A stretch of DNA of 64,000 nucleotides from Eledone cirrhosa (GCA_964016885.1 OZ024740.1:162812001-162876000); one strand, 5' to 3'; numbered from the stretch's first letter, positions 38,640-51,800 are shown. Notes: a model not told the origin generated them from the letters alone. A program made the numbers and translations.

Positions 38640-39862
38640 TGGCAGAATCGCTAGAGCGTCGGACACTCTGCTTCGCTGCATAGAGTTATAGCCTTTTACA
38701 TTCTTAGTTTAAATCCCGCTGAGATTAACTTTGCCTTTCATCATTACAGGATCGATAAAATAAAGTACCAGCAATGCATTGGGTTCGATTTAATTGACTT
38801 TCCCCCCCTCCCCAAATTGCTGACCTTGAACCTAAAGTAGTAATTACTATTATTATTATAAGGGCGGTGGATTGGCAGTATCTTTAGAGTGTCGGACACC
38901 AGGTTTCATGGCATACAGTTAAGGTCCTTTACATTCTGATTTCAAATCCTGCCGAGGTTAGCTTTACCTTTCATTCTTACGAGGTTGATAAATTAAAGCA
39001 CCAGTAATGCACTGGGGTCGATTTAATCGACCCCCGCCCCCTCCCTCAAAAAAAAGAAATTTGCGGGCCTTGTGCCTAAAGTAGAAATCATTATTATTAT
39101 TATAAATATAGGTGGTGGATTGGCGGTATCAGTAGAGGGTCAGATGCCATGCTTTGCAGCATAGAGTTTCGGCTCTTTATGATCTGAGTTCAAATCCCGC
39201 CGAGGTTAACTTCGCCTTTCATCCTTATGGGGTCGATAAAATAAAGTACCAGTCACGCACTGGGGTCGATTTAATCGACTTTCCCCTCCCCCAAATTACT
39301 GGCCTTGTGCCTATATAAGAAACCATTATTATTATAAATATGAAGGGCAGTGAATTGGCAGTATCGGTAGTGGGTCGAACGCCATGCTTTGACTCATAGA
39401 GTTATGACCCTTGCCATTCTGAGTTCAAATCCCGCCAAGTTTAACTTTACCTTTCATCCTTACGGGGTCGTACCAGTAATGCACTGGGTAATTGCTGGCC
39501 TTGTGCCAAAAGTAGAAACAATTATTATAAATATGAAGGCGCATGGCTTAGTTGTTAGAGCATTGGGCTTGCAATCGAAAGGTTGTCAGTTCAATTCTCA
39601 GACCGGGTGATGTGTTGTTTCCTTGAGCAAGACACTTTATTTCACATTGCTCCAGTTTACTCAGCTGTAAAAATGAGATGATAGGGACTGGGGTCCCTAT
39701 CATTCCACTGCAAAGTGGTCGTGGAGGTGCCACGGCAAAAAAAGCACCTAGCACTCACTGTAAATGAGGTTGGTGTTAGGAAGGGCATCCAGCTGTAGAA
39801 ATCAAGCCAGAATCAGTTCCCGTCCACCCTTGCAAGCAGGGAAAAAGCGGACGTAATATGAT
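38640..39862 (+). mobile_element. Cluster of four family-B SINEs followed by a CORE-SINE
   Basis: Units start near 38640, 38862, 39110 and 39345, separated by (ATT)n. The CORE-SINE head is near 39535. Confidence 0.85.
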
Positions 39863-40784
39863 ATATAGAAAAAAATGATATAAAAATACTATCAAGGCAG
39901 TGGATTGGCAGAATCGGTAGAGCATCAGAGAAAAAAAATCTTTGCAGCATTTAATAATGGTCAATTTTACCTTTCATCTCTCTGGCATCAATGATTTAAT
40001 TGGCTTTTCCATACCCAAAATTTGTGGGCTTTGTGCCTAAGTTAGAAATTATTATAAATACTATCTATTTCATATATATTATCAATGTTATTCATTATTT
40101 CAGATTCAATCTCACCGTATGGCCTACTGGGCTAACCTAATATAGCCTCAGGTTGACCGAGTATTGTGAGTGAAACTGGGTACACAGAAATTGTGTGGAA
40201 GCCCATTGGCTGGGTTGTACCTATAGTTGAAAGGTTTAGCCTTGTTACATCCTCTGTCTGAGGATTACATTAAATGTACAAGTATCTGTGGAAAATTCAG
40301 CCAATTTCACTCTAATTCAACGAACTGATAGTTCAGCTGATTGAACCACTAAATCCTCACAATCAAACTAACAGAAGATTCAACACACACATCATTATCA
40401 TAGTAAAATTACTATTCTTTTAAACAAAGATTTATTACCAACATATATCTAAATGATTGACAAACATCACATCAATAAACTAGTAACCCCATCTAGCTTT
40501 AAAGTTATGAACTATTAGAAACGATTTCATAACTGTTGGAAAAAGAGTTCAAACATGTTAGGTGAGTTATCTCCTCCATTGTACTGGAATGCATACATGT
40601 TAGGACAAGTTATCTCGTCAACGACACTGAAGAGGTTAAACCATCGGAGCGATCTACTGTGCTTTTCCTTTCATGAATAGAAAAATCAGATACCAACAGG
40701 ATTATGTTTACTTACATTTCAGTTGATGAAATTTTTCAATTCATGAACAGAAACACAGTACACAAATTTGGTGAAGTCTTTTAA

Positions 40785-40992
40785 CCCTTTGTCATTTAAA
40801 TCGGCCATATCTAGCCAGAATTCTCTCACCATTTTTTGTTCAAACCGGCTGTAACCGGTTGCTTATACTAATGTTAAGGTATTGTTCTCAAAATAAATAA
40901 CATCAAAATCTCATAGATTTGATATTATGTGAGGTAAAGCCTTTACTGTGAAAATACAATAGAAAATATAGAGTAATGTAAATGCTAAAGGG
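40785..40992. mobile_element. TTAA MITE (same family and orientation as 12614)
   Basis: TTAA|CCCTTT ... AAAGGG|TTAA, with a body collinear to 12614-12821. Confidence 0.8.
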
Positions 40993-41775
40993 TTAAATAA
41001 GAAAGTACTAAAAGTTAACATTTAACCCTGCTACAGGCTCCTTTTTCCAGTTCAATGATACTTAATTTCCATTTCACTTTGCTTCTAATTTCCTCTGCTC
41101 CACCTTAATCCAACTGAACTACACTGTATACCTCTCCACTTGTCTATCTATCCCAGCATCCATCTATCTACCTAGTCATCCATCTATTTGTCTATCTCTC
41201 TACCTTTCTAGCTTCCCACATATTCATCTCTCTATCTACCTAAACAAGCAATAAAACATTAAATTTATACCATTTTAAATCATTTAAAAGCATTCTCTAC
41301 ATTTTCATCTCATACAATTTTTTACCCCTTTTTAGAAATTTCATTATACTTCCATTACTTGCTTACATAACATTGCATTCAACATCTCCCAATTGCAATG
41401 ACTACAAAGACTACAATACATATGCGTGTGTAGCAAAATCTGTCCACACCTTGACCCCTGGGTGACAATTAATGGTCATTTTCTGGGTTATCTCCTTTCG
41501 GGCGTAAACAGGTCTGAGAGTGGACGACCTCTAAAGGTCAGCCCTTTGTTCTCAAGGCTTGGAGACAGAGGAAGCAACATAGATAAATAGCCTGCCTTGG
41601 ACCAGTACAGCAGCGGTTCATAGAGTAAACATTTAAAACATTTGCTTTCTACAGACCCCTTGGGGTCTTACAGACTCTTACTCTCTCTTAACCAAGCCAG
41701 TGAAGTTCATGAAATCTTCTTGGTAAATACAATTTAATTTGACTTTTACAAACAAACAAATAACATCCATAAATC

Positions 41776-43336
41776 CGAAGTGTGCATGCACGAAGGTTGG
41801 TCCAAAGTGCGCATGCGTGACGGCTGGTCTGAAGTGCGCATGGATGAAGGCTGGTCCGTACTGTGCATGTGCAAAGACTAGTCCTTACTGCGCATGCATG
41901 AAGGCTGATCCGAAGTGGGAATACGCGAAGGCTGGTCCAAAGTGCTCATGAGCGAAGGCTGGTCCGATGTGCGCATACGCTAAGCTGGTCCATACTACGC
42001 ATGCGCAAAGACTTGTCCGTACTGTGCATGCATGAAGGCTTGTCTGAAGTGCACATGCACGAAGGCTGGTCTGAAGTATGCATGCATGAAGACTGGTCCG
42101 TACTGTGCATGCGCAAAGGCTTGTCTGAAGTGCACATGTGCGAAGGCTGGTCTGAAGTGCGCATGCAAGAAGGCTGGTCAATACTGCGCTTGCGTGGAGG
42201 CTGGTCCGTACTGCATATGCGTGAAAGCGTGTCCGTACTGCGCATGCATGAAGGCTGGTCTGTACTGCCCATGCACGAAGGATGGTCCAAAGTGCGCATG
42301 CGCGAGGGCGGGTCATACTCCGCATTCCCAAAGGCTGGTCCGTACTGCGCATGCATGAAGACTGGTCCACACTGCGCATGCGCAAAGGCTAGTTCGAAGT
42401 GCACATCCGCGAAGGCTGATCCGTACTGTGCATGCACGAAGGTTGGTCCGAAGTGCGTATGCGCAAAATTTGGTCCACAGTGCGCATGTGCAAAGGCTAG
42501 TCTGAAGTGCACATGCACAAAGTCTGGTGCGCATGCGCGAAGTCTGGTCTGAAGTGCGCATGTGAAGGCTGGTCCGTACTGCGCATGCACGAAGGCTTGT
42601 CCCTACTGCGCATGTGCGAAGGCTGGTCGGTACTGCGCATGCGCAAAGGCTGGTCGGTACTGTGCATGTGCAAATGCAGGTCCGTACTGCACATGCGAAA
42701 GCTGATCCATACTGTGCATGTGCGAAGTCTGGTCCAAAAATGCATGCGCGAAGTTGGTCCAATGTGCGCATGCACGTAATCTGGTCTGGTGTACGCATGC
42801 GCGAAGACTGGTCCAAAGTGCGCATAGGTGAATGCAGGTCCGTACTGCGCATTCGTGAAGGCTGGGCCAAAGTGTGCATGCGCGATGGCAGGTCTGTACT
42901 GCGCATGTGTGAAGGGTAGTCTGTACTGCGCGAAGGCTGGTCCGGAGTGCGCATGCGTGAAGGCTGGTCCGAAGTGTGCTGCCAAAAGGCCGATCCATAC
43001 TTCGCATGCGCGAAGGCTGGTCCAAAGTGTGCATGAGCGAATGCTGGTCTGAAGTGCACATGCACGAGGGCTAGTCCATAATGTGCATGCACGAATGCTG
43101 GTCTGAAGTGCACATGCGTGAAGGCTGGTCCATACTGGGTATGCACAAAGGCTGGTCCGTACAATGCATGCATGAAGGCTGCTCTGTATTGCGCATGCGC
43201 AAGAGCTGGTCTATACTGCACATGCGCCAAGTCTGGTCCGAAGTGTGCATGTGCGAAGGTTGGTCCGAAGTGTGCATGCGCCAAGTCTGGTCCCAAGTGC
43301 CATGTGCGAAGGCTGGTCCGTACTGCGCATGCGCGA
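41776..43336. repeat. GC-rich tandem array, 27-bp unit (GAAGGCTGGTCCGTACTGCGCATGCGC / ..CCGAAGTGCGCATGC..), about 58 copies
   Basis: Visible periodicity and a 9-aa repeat in the ORF track. Copy number is length/27. Confidence 0.95.
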
Positions 43337-43353
43337 ATATATATATATATATA

Positions 43354-43400
<47 letters not shown>

Positions 43401-44439
43401 TGCACAGAAATCATCTTCCGAGGTTAGTGAAGCTATTATTAATACTCAAGTAACTTGCAAATTCTACGTAATTCTTGAAATACATCTAATGGACACACTC
43501 TCTAGAATAGATATATGTGTGTGTTTGTGCGAGAGAGAGGTAGATAGACAGGTAGGTTGGCAGGTAGATAGATAGGTCGATAGATCGATACATAGATATA
43601 TAGGTAGGTAGATAGACAGATAGACGATAGTGTGGTTATCTGTATATGTGGCTGTGTGTATGTATGTGAAGATGTGGAAATAAGGAAAGGATAATTTACT
43701 ACAGTACCAATGATTCAATCCACAGGTGTATATTCTTTTTACCATTGCATAAGTACATAGACTCACTCACACACGTGTATATATATGTATGTGTGGTGTG
43801 TTTATGTGTGTGTATCTGTGTGTGTGCATAAGTATTTATGTGTATATATATATATATGTATGTGTGTGTATCTGTTTGCTTATGTGTGTTACTGTATCTT
43901 TGTATGTGTGCATTTGTCTGTGCGTTTATGTTCGTGTGTGTGTCGTGATTGTAATGTTGAGAGTTTGAATCCCATCAGTGCATTGTATTCTTGAGAAAGA
44001 CACTTTATTTCGCCTTTCTTCTCTCCACTGAAGTAAAAAAAAGTGTACTCTGCCAGTAAGTTGAAGAACCAATGTAGTCCCACCCTGAAACCCTCCATTA
44101 TACGTGTCTATGGAATGCTCAGACACTCTCACCTTAATTTCAGGCAGTTCTATTTGAGAAACCTAGCTGGAAGAATCCTCATCACAAGCGATAGGGTACC
44201 ATCATACATATGAACACAGAGACACACACACACGTTTCAAAGAGAATAGAAGAGATCAATAAAATAAGTACTAGATTTTAAAATATATGTACTGGAATTG
44301 AGGTCAAGGAAATCCTTTAATCGTGGTACGCCAGCATGGGCACAGTCTAACATCTGAAACAAGTGCAGGCCGGAGAATTGTTCTTTCTCCTTCAATCTAT
44401 GGTTCCCCTCGCTTCTACAGTGAGTGCTTGTAGAATTCG

Positions 44440-47400
44440 ATGACTGTGGTTCGACACATGGAAAAGCCATCTTATTTCATCACGGTAACAACTAATCCTA
44501 ACTGGGATGAAATAAAAAATAGTTTGCACCCTGGTGAAGAACATAGAAACCATCCTGATATTTGTGCAAGAGTCTTCAAGATCAAGTATGACATACTGAA
44601 ACAAAATGTCCTAGGAAAAGTTGTGGCTCATTCTGCTACAATAGAGTGGCAGAAAACGAGGCCTCACTCATGCTCATATTCTGCTGATAATGGCTGAAGA
44701 TAGCAGGCACAAAACTGCAGATGCCATTGATCAGGTACTGTACTGTGAGATTTCTGATAAAGAGACCAATCCAATTCTGCATAAGATCATCACATCCTGC
44801 AACAGTCATGGCCCATGTGGACAAGCTAATATGATGTGTTCATGTATGGAAGGGCTAGGACAACAACGCCATTGCTAAAAAAGTTATCCCAAGGCATTCA
44901 GACAAACCACATTTGTTGCCGAAAATTCCTTTCCGGGATATAGAAGAAGGGATAGGCAGCATGGTGGTCACACCCATACAATCCAACTTAAAGGTCAAGA
45001 ATTTACTGTTGATAATCGTTGGATTGTTTCATACAACCCTTTCCTCTCATTGAGATATCAGTGCCACATGAATTGAGAGGTTGTCCACAGTGTCAAGGCT
45101 GTTAAGTACTTATATAAGTACATCATAAAAGGATCAGACAAGATCACTTTCATTATTAAGAATGATCAAGGAAATTGTGTCCATGCCCAAAATGAGATTG
45201 AGACCTATATCAATGCACGGTACATCTCAGCCAGTGAAGCATTCTGGAGAATCTATAAATTTCCATTACATCATCGAAAACCGTTAGTTGAAAAGTTACC
45301 TTGCCATTTACCTGGGGAACAAATGGTCGTGTATGAGCGAGGGCAGGAAGAAAGTATTGTTTCTAGGGGACAGCCAATGACTAAGTTGACGGAATATTTT
45401 CAACTGAATATTAGAGACCCACTGGCACAATACATATTGTATATTGATATTCCTAAATATTTCACTTGGACAAACAAAAAGTGGCAAAGAAGAAAAAAGG
45501 GACATCTGGAGGGTGATCAACAATTTATGAATGAAACTCTTGGACGCATTCCAACAGTATCTCTCAGTAGACATCAATCTGAATTATATTACCTCAGGAT
45601 GATCCTACATCACAAGGCTGGGTCAACTTCATACAAAGATGAGAGGACAATTGAAGGAGTTGAATTTCCAACATTCCAAGAAGTATGCAGGAAACTTGGT
45701 CTGTTAGATGAAGAAAAAGACAAAGCTATGGAAGAGGCCTCATCCATTACGCTTAGTCCTCAGCTGCGAGAGATCTTCTGCACCATTTTATTTTACAGCA
45801 TGCCAAATGACCCTCTGCAGTTCTGGGAGAAATGGAAGAATTGTCTTGCAGAGGATATCATGCATGAACGTCATGAGCAAGTCATGTCCATGCAAACCGT
45901 GCAGATTATTCTACAGAAGATCCAACAAAGACTTCAACATAATGGCTTGGACATTCATGCCAACTATGGACTTCCTCGACCAGACCTAACTATTGTTGCC
46001 ATACCAGAAATCAACAGGGTTCTTATGGCAGAAACTTAGTTCAATACACACCAACTGCAAGCAAACATAAATGAACTTCTGCCAACATTGAATCCTGAGC
46101 AGCTGGTTATTTTTCACAAAGTAATCACCTCTGTTAATGAAAATGAAGGCAGAATTTTCTGCTTGAATGCAAGTGCAGGTACAGGAAAGACCTATGTCAT
46201 CAACATCCTATTGGATTACCTCCAATCTAAAAAAAAAACAATTGCACTTTCCACTGCCATATCTGGAATAGCAGCCACTTTGCTTCACAAAGGTAGAACT
46301 CTTCATTCCAAGTGCAAGATTCCTCTCAATCTAACAGCTGAATCAACTTGCTTCTTCACAAAGATGGATGATGCAGGTAAACTTATGCAGCAAGTTGACC
46401 TGCTAATCATTGAAGAGATAGGTATGGGACATAAGTGTATCTTTGAATGCCTTGACAGGTGCTTCAAAGATGTTCGAGATTGCAAAAAGCCATTTGGTGA
46501 TCTAACAGTATTACTATCTGGTGACTGGAAGCAAATTCTTCCAGTTGTACATCATGGTGCTAGACCACATATAGTTGAGGCAATCATCAAGTGATCCTAT
46601 CTCTGGGACTATGTGGAAACCATGGAGATGACAACCAATCAACGGTTAATTAATACAGTGGATTCTGATGAAAGACTATTTGCAAACTACCTTCTTGATG
46701 TGGGAAATGGTAACATTCCAACAATTCTGCCAAATGAACTTTGTCTGGAATATGATAATGTGTCTGGACTGTGTGATTTTGTGTATACAAATCTTCCAGG
46801 AAACTACACAAACCCACTATGGCTTGCAAATAGAGCCATTATCACTCCAACAAATGATGCAGCAAGATTGGTGAGTTCATGGTCAACAAGTTCCCTGGTC
46901 ATGAAATAATCTACAGAAGCTCTGATACAGTAGATAATTGTTTCTACTTCTAGCACAAGGCCAGCAATTATCCAAGTGTATTACTGGTACTTTATTTTAT
47001 CGACTCCGTAAGGATGAAAGGCAAAGTTAACCTCAGTGGGATTTGAACTCTGATACAGTAGATAATGAACTGCAATATCCAATCGAGTTCATCAACAAAC
47101 TTACCCCATCAGGCTTCCCAACACATACTTAAACTGAAGGCAGTTGCATCATGCTTTTGAGAAATCTGGATCCTCTAAACGGACATTGCAATGGTACACA
47201 CTACATAAACATCAGTTTACATAATCATGTAATTGAAGCTGAAGTGGCATTGGGTCCTAATGCTGGAACAAGGTTGCTAATCCCAAGGATACCACATGTA
47301 TCTCAAGAGCTTGAGTTCCCTTTCACCTTTACTCACAAGCAATTTCCTGTCAAACCAGCCTTTGCCCTTTCATACAACAAGGCACAAGAGCAGACATTTG

Positions 47401-47550
47401 AAAAGATAGGTGTATATCTACCAACACAATTCTTCTCACATGGTCAGATGTATGTTGCATTATCTCGAGTTACAAAAAAGAAAATATAAAAATATTAAAT
47501 GAAAGGGGTCTGTTTGCCGACAACTGTCTTCAAAGAAATTCTAGTGATGT
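44440..47550 (+). pseudogene. Helitron RepHel (HUH Rep + PIF1-like helicase) with multiple stops and frameshifts
   Basis: Rep motifs YFITVTTNPNWDEI, EWQ(K)RGLTHAHILL, KYLYKYI. Helicase motifs AGTGKT, LIIEEIGM, GDWKQILPV, QFPVKPAFA..NKAQ, HGQMYVALSRV. Confidence 0.93.
46939..47047 (-). mobile_element. 5'-truncated family-B SINE inserted in the helicase gene
   Basis: 19-bp TSD ctctgatacagtagataat at 46920-46938 and 47048-47066. Confidence 0.9.
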
Positions 47551-47674
47551 GAAACAGCTATCACTCTCTTTTAGTTGAAATGCATTTCAGTTTCTTTTTA
47601 ACTGCTAGAAAAGGGACGCTACAAAAACTTAAGTCTATATGTGAATATAGCAAAGGTCAACTCTTCATATTGGT

Positions 47675-49574
47675 AAATGTAATTCCGAAGGACTGGCATA
47701 GCAGCATCATCGTTAACTGTTATAAGGGTAAAGGAGATGCCCTAGATAGGAGTAACTATAGAGGCATTAAATTAATCGACCAGGTCATGAAGGTCACGGA
47801 AAAAGTAATAGCGCAACTAATCAGAGAGAGAATTGACCTAGATGAAATGCAGTTCGGGTTTGTGTCAGGCAAAAGTACCACAGACGCTCTTTTCATTGTA
47901 CAACAACTACAGGAGAAGTACCTAGCTAAAGGTAAACCCCTCTACTTAGCTTTTGTCGACTTGGAGAAAGCCTTCGACAGAGTCCCCCGTTCCATTATCT
48001 GGTGGGCCCTTAGAAAACTAGGTGTCGACGAATGGCTTGTGAGAGCTATACAAGCCATGTATAAAGAAACAGTCAGCAAGGTTAGAATTAATAACGAATA
48101 TAGTGAAGAGTTTAGCGTAAAAGTTGGCGTCCATCAGGGCTCTGTTCTCAGCCCCCTACTATTTATTATTGCCCTTCAGGCTATAACAGAGGAGTTCAAG
48201 ACCGGCTGCCCATGGGAACTCCTATACGCAGATGACCTAACACTCATAGCTGAATCAATGGCCGAGCTAGAGAAGAAATTCCAAACATGGAAGCACGGCC
48301 TAGAATCAAAAGGCCTCAAAATTAACCTGGCTAAGACTAAAGTTCTAGTTTGTAGGAAAGAAAATAAGGCGGCGGTCCCTTCCGGGAAATGGCCATGCTC
48401 AGTGTGTAGGAAAGGCGTAGGTAGAAACTCCATTTTATGTCCCAAATGCAAAGTATGGGTGCATAAAAGATGTAGTGGGATCACAGGTAAGCTAACTAAG
48501 AACATAGATTTTACATGTGGCCGGTGCTCTGGTGCAATAAGTAGCAGCAAGTGCCCACAAAATACTAGCTCTTACAACTGTGCAGAGGGCTCTATAGAAA
48601 TAGTGGACAGCTTCCGTTACCTGGGTGACAAAATCAGCAGTGGAGGAGGGTGCTCTGAAAGTACAGTAGCTAGAGTCAGAACTGGATGGAAAAAGTTCAG
48701 AGAGCTTATACCACTATTAGCTGCTAAAGGGTTCTCCCTAAAATTGAAAGGCAGGTTGTATGATGCCTGCATACGAACAGCAATGTTGCATGGCAGTGAG
48801 ACCTGGGCATTGTGTGCAGAGGATATACGCAGACTAGAGAGGAACGAGGCTTGCATGCTCCGCTGGATGTGTAATAGTAATATACGTGAATGGCAAAGCA
48901 TAAACGAACTAAGGAAAAAATTAGAAATAAGAGGGATCAGATGTTGTTTACTCGAGAGAAGGCTACGTTGGTATGGACACGTGATGCGCATGAAAGTCGA
49001 TAGCTGTATAACAAAGTGCAGGGCAATAAAGATAGACGGTAGCCACGGAATAGCCAGACCTAGAAAAACCTGGGACGAGCTGATAAACTCCGACCTCACA
49101 CACTTACACCTCTCCAAGACAATGTCACTGGACCGAGACCTTTGGCGGTACTCAGTAATAGAGAAGACCCGCCTTACCTAAATACAAAGTAAAACCTACT
49201 ACAGTCAATAGGCATCTCTAACAGAATACACCCCCGTCCCACCACCCTCACCCCATCCACACCGCCCCTTTCAATGTAAAGTTATGTTGGTGCCACAACA
49301 TCCAGGCCGAAACAAATGAGATCGTGTAGGTGTCACGACAAAAAAACACACAGTCCACGCTGTAATGTGGCCGTGTAGGCAACACGGTAAAAACCTCCCA
49401 GCCCCACACTGTAAATGTGGTTGGTGTTACGAAAGGCATCCAGCTGTAGAAAACCTGCCAGACAGTCCTATGCGAGCAAGACAATCACTCTTGCCTCAAG
49501 TGGGAAAACCCCCGTCCAAACCCATGCAAGCGTGGAACACGGACGTTAAACGTTGATGATGATGATGATGATGA
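47675..49574 (+). mobile_element. 5'-truncated RTE LINE with an uninterrupted RT frame, inside the Helitron 3' region
   Basis: ORF 47580-49181 (533 aa) contains NYRGI, QFGF, DLEKAFD, QGS, LYADD and YLG. 3' UTR and (GAT)n tail present. No APE domain. Confidence 0.93.
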
Positions 49575-50622
49575 ATTCAGTCATTCATATCAGCAGCATC
49601 TATTTTTAAATTCACTGCTTGAAGCTTCCCATCGACATTCTGAAGTGAAGATTCATGAACATTTTCCGTCAACAGTTTCATCGCTTTTCCATCTCCATTA
49701 TCGCCTTCTTTTTAATGTATCGTGGATTACTTTACTGATTACAGAAGTAATTGTAACACAGTCTTTGTTCAGTTTATGTGCATATTGTCAATTTACGTAT
49801 CATATCTATGTGCATATATATTTGTGTATATCAATATACACACTATACATGCTAGCAGAAAACCGCCCGAAGGGTGGTTCTTCTGCTAGTAACTATAATA
49901 GAGGAGTGTGGGACTGCATTCCGAATATATTTTTTTATCCCGTTAGTAAAATAAGTTAGATTGCTTTGAATATATAATGAATGAATATTACATAATTTAT
50001 CTACGTAGTTGTTGATTAAACATAAATATTCTTATATATAATGATTGCTTATTTTAAGATTCACTTCTTTTAAAATTTTCAAATGTCTACACTTCCAGTT
50101 AGCGTCTGTTATATCATAACACTTATTGAATCGCTTATGTAAACATCCATATATTTACATCATTATATAAGGTTTCATTACATTTCACCGTAATGTAGTT
50201 TATATATAATATCGTCTCTTTTAAATGTGTCATGGATTACTTTACTGATTACAGAAGAGGGTGTAACACAGTCTCTCTTCAAATTCAATTACGATTTTAT
50301 TTGACATATATCATGCATGTGTATTTGCATATAATATAAATATGCACATTACACATGCTAGCAGAAAACTGTCCGAAGGGTGGTTTTTCTGCTAGTAAAA
50401 CTAATAAATAAATAAAATTAAAAAAAATTAGTCTTTGAAAAGGACGGCTATAATCTAGAACTAGTATTTATTAACTTACTCTTAGAATTTCAAACCACAA
50501 TTTTGGTTTATGTAAGTTTGAAAATCCTCTAAAACGTCGGTCTTGTTTCATTCTTATTTCGTTTGACTTCATAGCTTCTGTAAGCTCTTCCAGATTGATG
50601 ACGTTGATGTAGTTGATTATAA

Positions 50623-50666
<44 letters not shown>

Positions 50667-50679
50667 GGACAGGTGTGAT

Positions 50680-51800
50680 TTTCACCAGGTTTCATTTCTA
50701 TCCAGAAATAGGGTGTGTTGAAATCAAGGACGCAGTCTGGCTCATAAAGAAGGGGGACTGCAACCACATCAGCGTGGCTGAATCGGACGATGTGCTGAAG
50801 GGAGTGAATCTTGCTTTAAGATGAGGACTGCACACTATAGAAATTTGTACTGATTCGGCCACTGTACTTGGATGGGCGAGATCAGTCCTTACCAGAGAGG
50901 AGGGTGCGAGCAAAAGGGGTGGCAGAGATGCTAATAAAGCACCGCCTGGGAACTCTGGGAGAGCTGGCTGCTGAGTTCGGCCTGAAGTTGAGTGTGGTCT
51001 TTGTGCTGTTGGAGAAAAATAAGGCAGATATCCTAACCAGGGTGAAGAAAACCAGGCTGGAAGTGTCAGTGGACGCAGAAAAGAGGCTAGTTGCAGTGTG
51101 TCAGCTGAGTTACTTAGAGTTGAGGAGGCTGCATACCATGCACATATGGGAGTGGATAGGACCCTTTTGCTAGCCAGGAAAGCTGATTCCAATGTTACCT
51201 GACAGACTGTTCAGGAAGTGGTCAGGTGTTGCGACAGATGCCAGTCTATCAACACCACGTGCATGACACAAGTTGTGGAGCACAACTGGAAGAGATAACA
51301 TGGCATTTCGCTTGGAGGTGCTGAAGCAGATGCTCGATAGGTGGAATGTGAGCTGCTTCTTCAGAGCGGTGTACAGGCCGAGTGGAAATAGGACCATGGA
51401 GAGACACTATTGCATGATCAAGGCCATTGTAGAGAGAGGACACATTTTTCCAATGGAGGTGGTGTTCTGGTATAATATGTCGCCTCAGTTAGGACAGGTC
51501 ATGGAGTCAGTGTCGCACAGGATGATATAAACATATGAATGGCGACATCTGTGCACGTTATTACAATGGACTGTCTGTGCAAGTGGGCGAAGAAGTCTTG
51601 GTCAAGTCCCCCAAATGCACACTGCACATCTCAATGGGAAAAGGCAACAGTTATGGCAGTAAATTCCCAAAACAATGTGTCTGTGGATGGAATGCCATCT
51701 CACGTCTTGGATGTCCGCAGAGGAAAATGAAAGTTTCACCCGACTTGTCGGAGATTGCAATGGGAACACCACATACCCATGTGGACGACGGACTTTGAGA
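50680..51800 (+). mobile_element. Decayed Gypsy-like LTR retrotransposon pol fragment (RNase H + integrase)
   Basis: 'IEICTDSATVLGW', 'NKADILTR', HHCC-like 'HMGVDRT...VVRCCDRCQ', 'YRPSGNRTMER'. No LTRs recognised. Confidence 0.75.

Larger units (their letters stand above)
44420..50395 (+). mobile_element. 5'-truncated, decayed autonomous-type Helitron with nested SINE and RTE
   Basis: RepHel pseudogene followed by hairpin-CTAG|T termini at 49889 and 50395. No 5' TC end identified. Confidence 0.8.

Noticed and set aside
41776-43336. CRISPR-like appearance of regular repeats
   Set aside because: There are no unique spacers and no cas genes, and the context is eukaryotic.
41739-43575. Many Cys/His-rich ORFs resembling metallothionein (AKAGPYCAC repeats)
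   Set aside because: They are by-products of a 27-bp unit, open in several frames on both strands, broken by indels and with no splice support.
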